From the NCBI GenBank assembly GCA_027355945.1, contig DAIEHA010000001.1:3390-67389 (forward strand): DNA of 64,000 nt. Reading direction: 5' to 3'. A program made the position numbers and the translations under genes. Below are positions 54,911 to 64,000 of the stretch, piece after piece; position 1 is the first letter of the stretch, and each line of letters begins with the position of its first letter. This DNA is from Candidatus Parcubacteria bacterium (GTDB taxonomy: Bacteria; Patescibacteriota; Minisyncoccia; UBA6257; 2-01-FULL-56-20). The notes under the pieces were generated by a model. The model was not told where the DNA came from, did no database searches, and saw nothing but the letters and a program-made list of their open reading frames with translations.

Positions 54911-56854
54911 ATGGCAAAAATAATCGGAATCGATCTTGGAACAACGAACTCCGCGGTTGCCGTCATGAAGAACGGTGAACTGCAGATTCTCGAGAATAGC
55001 GAGGGCAACCGCACGACGCCATCCATCGTCGCGCTTTCGAAGAGCGGCGAGCGGCTCGTCGGCCTTCTTGCAAAGCGGCAGTCGGTGACGAACCCGAAGA
55101 ACACCATCTTCTCCGTGAAACGGCTCATCGGCCGCAAGTGGAGCGATCCGGAGGTGCAGCGCGACAAAGCGTGGTTTCCCTATGACGTGCAAGAGGGTCC
55201 GAATGGAAGCGTGCAGGTGAAGATGGGCGATAAATGGTATTCGCCGGAGGAGGTCTCCGCGATGATACTTGCGAAGCTGAAGGCTGATGCAGAGGCGCGC
55301 CTCGGAGAGAAGGTGGACGAGGCCGTGATCACGGTCCCGGCGTATTTCGACGATTCGCAGCGGCAGGCGACCAAGAACGCCGGCGAGATCGCGGGTCTCA
55401 AGGTGGACCGCATCATCAATGAGCCTACCGCGGCCGCATTCGCGTACGGATTGAACACCGCGAAGAACCAGAAGATCGTCGTTTACGATTTCGGCGGCGG
55501 CACGTTCGACGTGTCGGTGCTCGAGATGGGCTACGATCCGGAGACGAAGGAACAGACGGTCGAGGTCCGCGCGACGGGTGGCGATACGCATCTCGGCGGC
55601 GACGATTTCGACAAGAAGATCCAGGAGTATCTCGTGGATGAATACAGGAAGCAGGAAGGGATCGATATCTCGAAGGACCCGCTCGCGCTCCAGCGGTTGA
55701 AGGAGGCGGCGGAGCGTGCGAAGCATGAGCTTTCGACCGCCATGGAAACGGAGATCAATCTTCCGTATATCACATCCGACGCGCAGGGGCCCAAACACTT
55801 CCAGATGAAGATGACGCGGGCGAAGCTCGAGTCGCTTGTGCAGGATTATCTCGATCTTTCCGTGAGGCTCACCCAGGAGACGGTGACCGAGCCCGCACCG
55901 AAGGGCGCGGGATTCAAGCTCTCCCAGATCGACGAGGTGATCCTCGTCGGCGGTCAGACGCGCATGCCGGCGATGCAGGCCGCGGTTGCGAAACTCTTCG
56001 GCAAGGAGCCTCACAAAGGCATCAATCCCGATGAGGTGGTGGCCCTCGGCGCCGGTATCCAAGGGGAGATCCTCGCAGCGAAGGCTGAGGGGCGCAAGAC
56101 GGAGGGCGAGGTGAAGGACATCCTCCTTCTCGACGTCACTCCGCTCTCGCTGTCGATCGAAACGCTCGGCGGCGTGGCGACGCCCATGATCCCGAAGAAC
56201 ACGACCGTGCCGACCGCGAAGACGCAGGTCTTCTCAACGGCCGCCGATAATCAGACGTCGGTCGAGGTGCATGTGCTCCAGGGCGAACGCCCCATGGCGG
56301 GGGATAACAAAACGCTCGCGCATTTCATCCTTGACGGTATCCCGCCCTCTCCTCGCGGCATCCCGCAGGTCGAAGTGACCTTCGATATCGATGCGAACGG
56401 CATTCTGAACGTATCCGCAAAGGACAAGGCGAGCGGCAAGACGCAGTCCGTGAAGATCGAGGCATCCACGAATCTTTCGAAGGACGAGGTGGAGCGCCTC
56501 AAGAAGGAGGCTGCGGAGCATGCGGCGGAGGATGAGAAGAAGAAGGAGCTCATCGAAGCGCGCAATCAGGCGGAGTCGCTCGTCTATCTTGCCGAGAAGT
56601 CGCTCCGCGATGCGGGCGACAAGGTTACGGAGGATATCAAGACTGGCATCACGGAAAAGATCGATGCACTCAAGAAGGTGAAGGACGGGGAGGACAAGGC
56701 GGCCATCGAGGCGGCGACCGCGGCGCTTTCGGAGGAGGTTCAAAAAATAGGTCAGGCAGCGTATAATACACAAAATGGACCTGAGGGAAGTGATCACGGG
56801 CAGCCGACCGACGGCAATAACGGCGGCGGAACACCTGATCAATCCGGAAACTGA
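54911..56854 (+). CDS. dnaK: Molecular chaperone DnaK (Hsp70)
   Basis: [19 protein letters not shown]...[13 protein letters not shown]...[19 protein letters not shown]... Confidence 0.95.
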   Translation: MAKIIGIDLGTTNSAVAVMKNGELQILENSEGNRTTPSIVALSKSGERLVGLLAKRQSVTNPKNTIFSVKRLIGRKWSDPEVQRDKAWFPYDVQEGPNGSVQVKMGDKWYSPEEVSAMILAKLKADAEARLGEKVDEAVITVPAYFDDSQRQATKNAGEIAGLKVDRIINEPTAAAFAYGLNTAKNQKIVVYDFGGGTFDVSVLEMGYDPETKEQTVEVRATGGDTHLGGDDFDKKIQEYLVDEYRKQEGIDISKDPLALQRLKEAAERAKHELSTAMETEINLPYITSDAQGPKHFQMKMTRAKLESLVQDYLDLSVRLTQETVTEPAPKGAGFKLSQIDEVILVGGQTRMPAMQAAVAKLFGKEPHKGINPDEVVALGAGIQGEILAAKAEGRKTEGEVKDILLLDVTPLSLSIETLGGVATPMIPKNTTVPTAKTQVFSTAADNQTSVEVHVLQGERPMAGDNKTLAHFILDGIPPSPRGIPQVEVTFDIDANGILNVSAKDKASGKTQSVKIEASTNLSKDEVERLKKEAAEHAAEDEKKKELIEARNQAESLVYLAEKSLRDAGDKVTEDIKTGITEKIDALKKVKDGEDKAAIEAATAALSEEVQKIGQAAYNTQNGPEGSDHGQPTDGNNGGGTPDQSGN

Positions 56855-57818
56855 TAGCGCGAAGCGGGACGCGATCCGGCAGGCAAGGGCCAAACTGCTT
56901 TCGCTCGATGTGCTCGCCGTCCTTGCGGCGGCGGCGTTCGGTTGGACGTATTACGGGTATCTCACCAAAGGATTCCCCGTATGGACGCTCCTCATCTCGC
57001 TTGCCGTATTTTCCACGCTTTCCGTGCTCGAGGTGTTCCTTGCGGAGCGCGCGGGCCGGGCATGGGCGGTGCTCTTCTTTGAATCATTCGGCGTTGTGGG
57101 GTTCTTCTGGCGCGTCGATGCAAGGGTCCTTTCCGTGATCTGGCTTGTCGTGCTCATATTCCTCGCGTGGGGATATTTTTCGGCGCGGCGCAGGCTTGCG
57201 AACAGCATCGAGATACCGTTCTTCGGCACCGCATCCGAGGATCTCGGCAAGCTGACGACGGGACTGCTGCTTTTCATGATCCTCGTCTATGCGCCACAGG
57301 CGGGCAACAATCCGCTCCTTGTCTCCCAAAAGGGCTTCGGATCGTTCTTCGACTGGGCGTCGAACGTGGCGAACGGATTCTACCCGGAGCTTTCCTTCAA
57401 CGGCACGTTCGGAAGTTTTTCGGAAAGCGTCGCACGGATGGAGCTCGCGAACAATCCCAACTTCCAAAATCTGAATCCCGACCAGAAGACCGCGGCGATC
57501 GTGGCGCAGACGACGCAATTCGAGAGGAATTTCCTCCAGAACGCCGCAACCTCCACCACCGCCGTCGCATCATCATCGCCCACGAGCGATGCTTTCTACA
57601 GCGTGCTCCAGGGCATGGCCAATGCATGGCAGAGCGAGGCGGGCGGGTGGTTCCTCGTCGGATGGATCGCGGTGATCTTCATCGCGCTGCGCAGCGTGGG
57701 CGTCATCTTCGTATGGATAGAGGAGTTCGTGGCGCTCGTGTTCTATGAATTGCTCCTTGCGACGGGATTCATGAAGATCCATGAGGAGGAGCATGTACGC
57801 GAAGTGATAGGGTTCTGA
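56775..57818 (+). CDS. Polytopic membrane protein encoded between dnaK and dnaJ (start uncertain; possibly GTG near 56910)
   Basis: The ORF overlaps the 3' 80 nt of dnaK if it starts at ATG 56775. It has multiple hydrophobic helices ([56 protein letters not shown]); no family recognised. Confidence 0.45.
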   Translation: MDLREVITGSRPTAITAAEHLINPETDSAKRDAIRQARAKLLSLDVLAVLAAAAFGWTYYGYLTKGFPVWTLLISLAVFSTLSVLEVFLAERAGRAWAVLFFESFGVVGFFWRVDARVLSVIWLVVLIFLAWGYFSARRRLANSIEIPFFGTASEDLGKLTTGLLLFMILVYAPQAGNNPLLVSQKGFGSFFDWASNVANGFYPELSFNGTFGSFSESVARMELANNPNFQNLNPDQKTAAIVAQTTQFERNFLQNAATSTTAVASSSPTSDAFYSVLQGMANAWQSEAGGWFLVGWIAVIFIALRSVGVIFVWIEEFVALVFYELLLATGFMKIHEEEHVREVIGF

Positions 57819-57843
57819 CGGACGTCATCTCATACGAAACATC

Positions 57844-58965
57844 ATGAAGGATTATTACCGGATATTGGGAGTGGCGAAGACCGCCTCCGAGGACGACATC
57901 AAAAAGGCATACCGCAAGCTTGCCCATCAATACCATCCCGACAAGGCGGGGGGCGATGAGACGAAGTTCAAAGAGATCAATGAGGCATACCAGGTGCTTT
58001 CGGACGGTGCGAAGCGGGCCCAGTATGACCGCTTCGGCACTGCGGAACCCGGGGCGGGGTTCGGAGGGTTCGGGGGCGCGCAGTGGAACGGTGCGAATGT
58101 GAACTGGGGCGGCATGGGATTCGACCCTTCGCAATTCGGGGATATGGGCGATTTCGGCGACATCTTTGAGACGATCTTCGAAGGCATGGGAGGAAGGCCG
58201 CGGAAGAAGACCTACGAGAAAGGTTCCGATCTCGAGGTGCGCGAGGAGATCACGCTCGAGGAGGCGTTCCGTGGCGTCGTAAAAACGCTCAGATTCAGGA
58301 CCTTCGCGGCGTGCGCGAAGTGCGGCGGCAAAGGGGCCGAACCGGGAAGCGGGTTCGAGAAATGCGCCATATGCGATGGTCAGGGACAGGTCCGGGAACA
58401 GCGTCGTACGTTCTTCGGGGCGTTCTCGCAGGTGCAGGTCTGCGCCAAGTGCCATGGTTCGGGAGAGGTGCCTCAGCGGCCGTGCGCGGCGTGCAAGGGC
58501 GCGGGACGCATCGAGGCGGATCGCGAGGCGAAGATCGAGATACTTCCGGGGATCGAGGATGGACAGCTCATCAAGGTGCAGGGGATGGGTGAGGCGGGCG
58601 AGCGCGGCACCGCGGCGGGGGATCTTTATGTGCGCGTGCGGGTGAAGCCCCATGCGATGTTCGTGCGACGGGGCGTGGACCTTATCGTGGCGAGGGAGCT
58701 TCCTCTCATCGATGCCATGCTTGGCAGGACGATCTCCGTTCCATCGATCTCGGGCGGCACGATCCCGGTGGAAATCCCCGCGCATTTCAATCTGAAAGAT
58801 CTCCTTCGCGTCCCGCACGAAGGCATGCCGCGGTTCGGTTCCTCGCGGATCGGCGCTCCTGCGTCGCATCGGGGGGATCTTCTCGTGAATTTCATCGTGA
58901 AGGCCCCGAAGAGGCCGGGCGCGAAAGCGAAGAAGCTTCTTGAAGAGCTCGAAAAGGAGCTGTAA
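57844..58965 (+). CDS. dnaJ: Molecular chaperone DnaJ
   Basis: J-domain ([32 protein letters not shown]), a G/F-rich region, and four CxxCxGxG zinc-finger repeats. Confidence 0.93.
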   Translation: MKDYYRILGVAKTASEDDIKKAYRKLAHQYHPDKAGGDETKFKEINEAYQVLSDGAKRAQYDRFGTAEPGAGFGGFGGAQWNGANVNWGGMGFDPSQFGDMGDFGDIFETIFEGMGGRPRKKTYEKGSDLEVREEITLEEAFRGVVKTLRFRTFAACAKCGGKGAEPGSGFEKCAICDGQGQVREQRRTFFGAFSQVQVCAKCHGSGEVPQRPCAACKGAGRIEADREAKIEILPGIEDGQLIKVQGMGEAGERGTAAGDLYVRVRVKPHAMFVRRGVDLIVARELPLIDAMLGRTISVPSISGGTIPVEIPAHFNLKDLLRVPHEGMPRFGSSRIGAPASHRGDLLVNFIVKAPKRPGAKAKKLLEELEKEL

Positions 58966-59020
58966 CCCCATAGGGGTTGTCTTGAGGTTTCCTTTACCCC
59001 TCGTGCGGTATGATGCCCCC

Positions 59021-59293
59021 ATGGAAATCCAACCGGCGAGGGGAGCGGTCGTGCGGAAGGGGTTTGGCGAGTTCGGCGGCGCGGCGGCGCGCGGTACGGG
59101 AGGTCCCGTGGAGGAGTTGAGGGAGATGCTCCGTTTCTATGAAGCGCTCTTCGAGGATCTTGGCTGTGAATTGAACGCGATCGCCGAGGTTCTTATGGCG
59201 ATGGACCTCAGGATGGACCTTCTTGAAGAGGAGGTCGATGCGATGCGCCACAGCGCAGGGATGCAGCGGCTGGGAAGCGTTCCGCCTGTTTGA
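59021..59293 (+). CDS. Hypothetical small protein
   Basis: 90 aa ORF MEIQPARGAVVRKGFGEFGG...EELREMLRFYEALFEDLG...; no family recognised. Confidence 0.3.
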   Translation: MEIQPARGAVVRKGFGEFGGAAARGTGGPVEELREMLRFYEALFEDLGCELNAIAEVLMAMDLRMDLLEEEVDAMRHSAGMQRLGSVPPV

Positions 59294-59305
59294 TACAATG
59301 ACCCT

Positions 59306-59788
59306 ATGCGAAAGAAGAATGATGCGCGCGGCGAGAGAGGGGTGACGATCTCCGAAGGCGTCCGTTCGGCGGATCCCGCGGAAGCGGCTGCGCTTTATAT
59401 CGAGCTTGGGTGGGGGACCTCGGCGCGCTATTCCTCGATGCGGATGAAAAAGGCGCTCGAGGGATGCGATGTGGTGATCTCCGCGCACAACAGCGCGGGA
59501 GAGCTGGTCGGCCTCCTTCGTGCGCTCACCGATTCCACGCTCGATACAAAAGTGCTCGATCTTGTGGTCGCGCCGGAGTATCAGCGACAGGGGATCGGGG
59601 TTCGGATGATGGATCGCCTTGCGCGGCATCCGCGGGTGCGTGGTACCACGGTCTATTTCGAGACGGAGAGGAGGAATTTCGGGTTTGCGGCGAAATGCGG
59701 ATACGCCCCGCGAAAGGGACTCACCGTCTTTAGTGCGAAGAACTCCGTCAGAAGCTCGAAGGGTGCACGTGGAAAAGGTTCCCGATGA
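59306..59788 (+). CDS. GNAT-family N-acetyltransferase
   Basis: ...LVGLLRALTDSTLDTKVLDLVVAPEYQRQGIGVRMMDRLARH, an acetyl-CoA binding motif (Q/RxxGxG/A). Confidence 0.7.
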   Translation: MRKKNDARGERGVTISEGVRSADPAEAAALYIELGWGTSARYSSMRMKKALEGCDVVISAHNSAGELVGLLRALTDSTLDTKVLDLVVAPEYQRQGIGVRMMDRLARHPRVRGTTVYFETERRNFGFAAKCGYAPRKGLTVFSAKNSVRSSKGARGKGSR

Positions 59789-60707
59789 AGGTTCCCCAGA
59801 CGAAGGTGGCGACGGCAGTGCCGACGAGGAGCGCCGCGGCCTCGCCGAACTCGCGCCAGAACTTCCGTTCGAAGACGACCGCGCCGTAGATCGTGAAGCC
59901 GGCGATGAGGAGCACGCCGAGCGAGGTGGAGATGGCGAAGGCGGTGATCATCGCGCGTATGAGGAAGTAGGGAAGCGCGAGAAGGATGACCGAGGTGAAG
60001 TAGGAGAATCCCGTGAGCATTCCCGATGCGATGGCGGATTTCTCCGTGTCCTGCTTCGCTTGGAGATATGCCGCGGACCCCATCGAGATCGCGGCGGCGA
60101 ATCCCACGATGACGCCCGCAACCCCTGCAATGAGGGTGGAGCCCGTCACGCCGAGGAATCCCGCATGGACGCCCGTGATCTCCACGATCGCGTCTGCGAG
60201 GCCGAGTACGATGAAGCCGATGTAGCTCACTCGCGCCTCTTTGATCTGGCTGATGAGGGCGCGTTCATGGGAGCGCTCATCTTCGATGATCTCAGAAAGT
60301 CTTCCTTGCGCGTCCGGGGGGAGCAGCGCGCGGATCGATTCATACTGTTCCGGTGCGCCGTGCTCATGCCCCTCGAGAAGTCTCGTGATAAAGGTCACGC
60401 CGAGGGCCGTGCGCAGGAATCGCATCCATGCGATGGTGGCATTCCGGGGACGGATCGCTTCCGCGGCGGCGGGATCGTCTTTTGCAAGGAGCGACCTCCA
60501 GAATTCATAATGGGACCGTTCCTGGGCGGAGAGCCGTTCGAGCGCTTCACGATTGCCTGCATCCTTCTGCCGGGCCGCGAGCGCCGCATACACGAGATGC
60601 TCGGTGAGCTCGTTCACGGCGTTCATGCGATAAAGCTCCCGCAGGGATGCGGGCGAAGATGCTTCCGTCGGCGCGTGGAGGTCTTGCATTTCCCTTACAG
60701 TATACAA
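59748..60707 (-). CDS. Membrane-bound ferritin-like / VIT1-CCC1 family iron-manganese transporter (MbfA-like)
   Basis: N-terminal rubrerythrin/ferritin-like domain (EHLVYAALAA...ERSHYEFWRSL...EDERSHERAL) fused to C-terminal VIT1 TM helices. Confidence 0.7.
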   Translation of the reverse strand: MYTVREMQDLHAPTEASSPASLRELYRMNAVNELTEHLVYAALAARQKDAGNREALERLSAQERSHYEFWRSLLAKDDPAAAEAIRPRNATIAWMRFLRTALGVTFITRLLEGHEHGAPEQYESIRALLPPDAQGRLSEIIEDERSHERALISQIKEARVSYIGFIVLGLADAIVEITGVHAGFLGVTGSTLIAGVAGVIVGFAAAISMGSAAYLQAKQDTEKSAIASGMLTGFSYFTSVILLALPYFLIRAMITAFAISTSLGVLLIAGFTIYGAVVFERKFWREFGEAAALLVGTAVATFVWGTFIGNLFHVHPSSF

Positions 60708-60752
60708 TATCGCCGCTGGAAAAAACCGGCTGCCTCAATTATCATAGTGGGA

Positions 60753-62654
60753 ATGACCCTCAACGAGGTGCGTAGGCGGTTTCTCGAGTTCTATAAGGCG
60801 CGCGGTCACGCGGTGATCCCGTCGGCGCGTCTCGTTCCTGAGAACGATCCCACGACCCTTTTCACGGGGAGCGGCATGCAGCCGCTCGTACCGTATCTTC
60901 TCGGTGCTGCCCATCCGCAGGGGCGGAGGATCGCCGATTCGCAGAAGGCGTTCCGCGCGGAGGATATCGACGAGGTGGGCGACAATCGCCACACCACGTT
61001 CTTCGAAATGCTGGGGAACTGGTCGCTCGGGGATTATTTCAAAGCGGAACAGCTTCCATGGTTCTTTGAGTTCCTGACGAGCGATGAGGCGCAGGGTGGG
61101 ATCGGACTCGACCCCGCACGTCTTTATGTGACCGTCTTTGCGGGCGACGAGGCGACCGGTATCCCCGCCGATGAGGAGTCGGCGGCGATCTGGAAGCGCG
61201 TGTTCGCGGAAAAAGGGATCGTGGCGGAATATGTCGCGCTCGGTTCAGAGAAGAACGGGAGCGCGCGCGGTATGCAGGGAGGAAGGATCTTCTCTTATGA
61301 TGTGAAGAAGAACTGGTGGAGCCGCGCCGGAGTTCCGGCGAACATGCCGGCAGGCGAACCGGGAGGCCCCGACTCCGAGGTGTTCTATGAGTTCACCTCG
61401 GTGCCGCACGATCCGGAATTCGGAGATCATTGCCATCCGAACTGCGATTGCGGGAGGTTCCTCGAGATCGGCAACAGCGTGTTCATGGAATACAAGAAGC
61501 GCGAGGATGGATCGTTCGAGAAGCTTGCCCAGCGCAACGTAGATTTCGGGGGCGGGCTTGAACGGTTCGCGGCCGCATCCATCGATGATAGCGACATGTT
61601 CGCGATAGATGTCTTTCGCGAGATGGCCGCGGTCCTTCCCGCGGGAGGTGATCGGCGGAAGGTACGCATCATTCTGGACCATCTCCGCGGTTCGGTGTTC
61701 CTCATCGGCGACGGCATCCTTCCCTCGAACAAGGGGCAGGGATACATGCTCCGCAAACTGCTCCGCCGCGCCGCACTTTTTTCCGATGCGCTGAAGCCGG
61801 AAGAGGGATGGCTCGAGAGGATGATCGGGACCGTGTGCATCTATTATAAAGAGCAGTATCCGGACCTTGATGCGCACCGGGAGGAGATCGTACACGCGAT
61901 CATCGAGGAATTCCGTAAATTTGGTGCGACCGTGAAGGAGGGGTTGAAGGAGTTCTCGCGAAGGGCCGAAGGGGGGACGGTGACGGGGAGGGACGCGTTC
62001 GATCTCTACCAAAGCTATGGATTCCCGTGGGAGCTCACCGAGGAGATCGCCGCGGAACGCGGCATTCCCGTGGACAGGAAGGAGTTCGAGGAGGAATTCA
62101 CGAAGCACAGGGATCTTTCCCGTACCGCATCCGCGGGCGTGTTCAAAGGTGGTCTTGCGGACGCATCCGCGGAGACCACGCGCCTTCATACGACCCATCA
62201 TCTTCTCCTGAGGGCGCTTCAGACGGTGCTCGGTTCCGGTGTGAAGCAGCGGGGGAGCAACATCACCGCCGAGCGCCTGCGTCTTGATTTCTCTTACGAC
62301 GGCGGAAGGCTGACGGACGAGGAGCGGCGCGAGGTGGAACGTATCGTGAACGAGAGGATACGCGAGGACCTTCCGGTGATTCGGAGCGAGATGCCTCGCG
62401 AGGAGGCGGAGAAGCTCGGCGCCGAACATGAATTCGGGCAGAAATATCCCGAGCGCGTATCCGTGTATTCGGTGGGACCCAAGGATGCGACGCCAGCCGA
62501 TCCGAAGTTCGCCGATGCGTTTTCGATAGAGTTCTGCGGCGGTCCTCATGTGGCCCGCACCGGGGAGATCGGGGGCGAGTTCAAGATCATGAAAGAGGAG
62601 GCGGTGAGCGCGGGGATCCGCCGCATCCGCGGCGTGATCGTGCCGCGCGCGTGA
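60753..62654 (+). CDS. alaS: Alanyl-tRNA synthetase, short form lacking C-Ala domain (634 aa)
   Basis: MTLNEVRRRFLEFYKARGHAVIPSARLVPENDPTTLFTGSGMQP...FFEMLGNWSLGDYFK (class II catalytic core), then editing domain HTTHHLL...CGGPH. Confidence 0.88.
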   Translation: MTLNEVRRRFLEFYKARGHAVIPSARLVPENDPTTLFTGSGMQPLVPYLLGAAHPQGRRIADSQKAFRAEDIDEVGDNRHTTFFEMLGNWSLGDYFKAEQLPWFFEFLTSDEAQGGIGLDPARLYVTVFAGDEATGIPADEESAAIWKRVFAEKGIVAEYVALGSEKNGSARGMQGGRIFSYDVKKNWWSRAGVPANMPAGEPGGPDSEVFYEFTSVPHDPEFGDHCHPNCDCGRFLEIGNSVFMEYKKREDGSFEKLAQRNVDFGGGLERFAAASIDDSDMFAIDVFREMAAVLPAGGDRRKVRIILDHLRGSVFLIGDGILPSNKGQGYMLRKLLRRAALFSDALKPEEGWLERMIGTVCIYYKEQYPDLDAHREEIVHAIIEEFRKFGATVKEGLKEFSRRAEGGTVTGRDAFDLYQSYGFPWELTEEIAAERGIPVDRKEFEEEFTKHRDLSRTASAGVFKGGLADASAETTRLHTTHHLLLRALQTVLGSGVKQRGSNITAERLRLDFSYDGGRLTDEERREVERIVNERIREDLPVIRSEMPREEAEKLGAEHEFGQKYPERVSVYSVGPKDATPADPKFADAFSIEFCGGPHVARTGEIGGEFKIMKEEAVSAGIRRIRGVIVPRA

Positions 62655-62676
62655 CGCGGTATGGTAAAATGAAAAC

Positions 62677-63900
62677 GTGAAGTTTTCCTCCTTCCTGCAT
62701 CCCAAAGAGCGATTCCTCGTCCTTGAGATCATGCCGTCCGGAGCGAACGGCCTATTTTTTTCCATCGACGATGAACACAATCTCGTGTTCGAGAAGTTCG
62801 TCCGCGGGATCGATCTTCGAAGGTTCTTTGCGCGTCCGTGGCGCCGCGCGGCGCAGCAGTCTTGGGAAGGGGAATATCTCTTCAAGGATCGCCGGCGGGT
62901 GATGGCGGTGGCCGATCCCTCGCGCGCGACGACGATCCCCATCCCGGTGGAGTTCGCGCGCGAACCCTCGGATGTAAAACTGCCGATCACGGTGCCTGAG
63001 CTCGAGAATCGCATCGCTCAGGAGACGGCGAAGATCTTCAACCGGTGCCGGACCGAGGCCGCCGCGCGCCTTGGCGTCCATGAACTTGATGCAGTGCTCG
63101 TGGGAGAGAAGGCGCGCGCATTCAAGGTGGACAGCGATACCGTAGCGGACCCCGCAGGACTTACGGGGAAGAAGGTGGCGCTTCTCCTCGAGCTCACCTT
63201 CACCGGGCGCGGGCTTTTTGAGGCGCTCAAGCCGTTCTTCAATGCGCCGGAGGACTTCTATTTCGCGGAATCCCCGCAGGCGCGCCTTTCATCGCTCGCA
63301 CGGGTGAGCAAAATACCTCTCAATATGATATTTCCCGGCGGCCATGCCGTCGTCGATGAGGCTCCGCGCGCATCGCTTTTCACGCTCAAGCCTGCGCACG
63401 GAAGGCATGCGCACCCCGTGCTCTTCCGGGAACCGTTCTCGTGGGAGTTTGCGCGGGTGTTCGAACGCATCGAGCGCGCGTTCGCCGTGGGTCCGGAGGT
63501 GGCGCGAGGATTGTATGCCGCCTATTGCGAAGGGGGATTCTCAGAAGCGGGAGGGAGGGCATTCAAGAAGACGATCGATCCGGCATTCGAAGAGCTTTTC
63601 GCCGAGATGGCGAAAAAGAGGATAAAAGGATCCGTATACATGGATGCGCCGTATGGACTTCCCTTCACGCTTCCGCACCGCGAAGGCGATGCCGTGTTCG
63701 AGGCGATGCCGCTCGGGGAAGCCCTTGAAATCGTGGGATTTGCGGAGGGGATGCAGGCGTTCGGAGGAAGGACGCGGGAGGTGCCCGATGCGAACGCCCT
63801 TTCGCGCCACCTGCTGCCGTTCATTGAGGCGTACTTCGATCGCAGCGGTACGGATCTCAATAGAAAGCTGCGCCGCCGCCTCCATTGGCTCGCATCCTGA
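62677..63900 (+). CDS. Hypothetical protein (possible actin-fold/PilM-FtsA-like N-terminus, weak)
   Basis: 407 aa ORF starting MKFSSFLHPKERFLVLEIMPSGANGLFFSIDDEHNLVFEKF; family not recognised. Confidence 0.4.
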   Translation: MKFSSFLHPKERFLVLEIMPSGANGLFFSIDDEHNLVFEKFVRGIDLRRFFARPWRRAAQQSWEGEYLFKDRRRVMAVADPSRATTIPIPVEFAREPSDVKLPITVPELENRIAQETAKIFNRCRTEAAARLGVHELDAVLVGEKARAFKVDSDTVADPAGLTGKKVALLLELTFTGRGLFEALKPFFNAPEDFYFAESPQARLSSLARVSKIPLNMIFPGGHAVVDEAPRASLFTLKPAHGRHAHPVLFREPFSWEFARVFERIERAFAVGPEVARGLYAAYCEGGFSEAGGRAFKKTIDPAFEELFAEMAKKRIKGSVYMDAPYGLPFTLPHREGDAVFEAMPLGEALEIVGFAEGMQAFGGRTREVPDANALSRHLLPFIEAYFDRSGTDLNRKLRRRLHWLAS

Positions 63901-63939
63901 GGTCCGGAAATGCCCTTGCGATATGATATACTTAAAGGC

Positions 63940-64000
63940 ATGAAAAAAATCGTACTCGAAAAAGGCGATGGCATTGCGGAGGTCATCGACCGGATGCTTG
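63940..64000 (+). CDS. Start of ORF (MKKIVLEKGDGIAEVIDRML...), truncated by window end
   Basis: ATG at 63940 with an open frame running to the window end; too short to classify. Confidence 0.2.
   Translation, partial: MKKIVLEKGDGIAEVIDRML

Noticed and set aside
54245-56062. 605-aa minus-strand ORF antisense to grpE/dnaK
   Set aside because: DnaK is among the most conserved proteins known and is encoded on the plus strand here.
59619-60752. N-terminal 378-codon extension of the alaS reading frame (ORF track 59619..62654, 1011 aa)
   Set aside because: The extension overlaps the GNAT gene and the minus-strand MbfA-like gene and has Arg/Gly/Asp-rich junk composition. AlaRS homology begins at MTLNEVRRRFLEFYK (ATG 60753).
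61245-63014. 589-aa minus-strand ORF antisense to alaS and downstream gene
   Set aside because: AlaRS class II motifs and editing domain are on the plus strand.
1-64000. CRISPR arrays, integrases, phage or plasmid genes
   Set aside because: No regularly spaced direct repeats, cas genes, integrase/recombinase, or phage structural genes were seen anywhere in the window. The tRNA cluster has no adjacent integrase or att-like duplication.

Overview
This 64 kb window is high-GC (about 60% by eye) and densely packed with housekeeping genes on both strands; I see no CRISPR array, integrase, transposase or other clear mobile element. Recognisable genes are listed below.

- **DNA repair and replication.** A complete uvrB-uvrA-(small ORF)-uvrC nucleotide-excision-repair cluster, plus recR and dnaB.
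- **Aminoacyl-tRNA synthetases.** valS (partial), metG, leuS, cysS and alaS.
- **Translation factors and ribosomal proteins.** prfB with the classic CTT-TGA-C programmed +1 frameshift site, typA/bipA, obg, an ABC-F ATPase, trigger factor, and ribosomal proteins L25, L9 and L27.
- **Heat-shock operon.** hrcA-grpE-dnaK-(membrane ORF)-dnaJ behind a sigma70-like promoter that overlaps a divergent CIRCE-like inverted repeat.
- **Envelope and secreted proteins.** HtrA, an S41 C-terminal processing peptidase, an M16 peptidase, a coiled-coil lytic-transglycosylase-like protein, a DsbB plus thioredoxin-like pair, and several Ser/Thr/Gly-rich surface proteins.
- **Transporters.** TauE/SafE, CorA and a ferritin-VIT (MbfA-like) protein.
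- **Methylation and modification enzymes.** tgt, TsaC/YrdC, RlmB and an RlmI-like methyltransferase.
- **Other metabolic genes.** A PfkB-family kinase next to a class II aldolase, MsrB, TatD, NUDIX, SDR and GNAT proteins.
- **Sigma factor.** An ECF sigma with an adjacent putative anti-sigma membrane protein.
- **tRNA genes.** Five tRNAs: Ser-CGA, Arg-CCT, Ala-GGC, Ser-TGA and Thr-CGT. None encodes CCA.

Several conserved proteins are unusually short (UvrC 419 aa, AlaRS 634 aa, Tig 356 aa, HrcA 235 aa, MetRS 481 aa). Several promoters place the -10 box 6-8 nt before the ATG, which suggests leaderless mRNAs. Together these point to a reduced-genome lineage, possibly Patescibacteria/CPR-like, although the high GC is atypical; this is inference only.

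The most unusual items are listed here.
- UvrB carries a roughly 206-aa in-frame C-terminal extension containing a transmembrane helix and an Ig/IPT-like domain.
- A roughly 470-nt non-coding region (47610-48081) has multiple nested hairpins and may be a structured RNA.
- The hrcA promoter overlaps a variant CIRCE operator, TTGGCAGTC-N9-GACTGCCAA.
- A membrane-protein ORF sits inside the dnaK-dnaJ operon.
- A 26-nt stretch is identical between the UVR domains of uvrB and uvrC.

The many long antisense ORFs in the six-frame track are treated as GC-driven artefacts.
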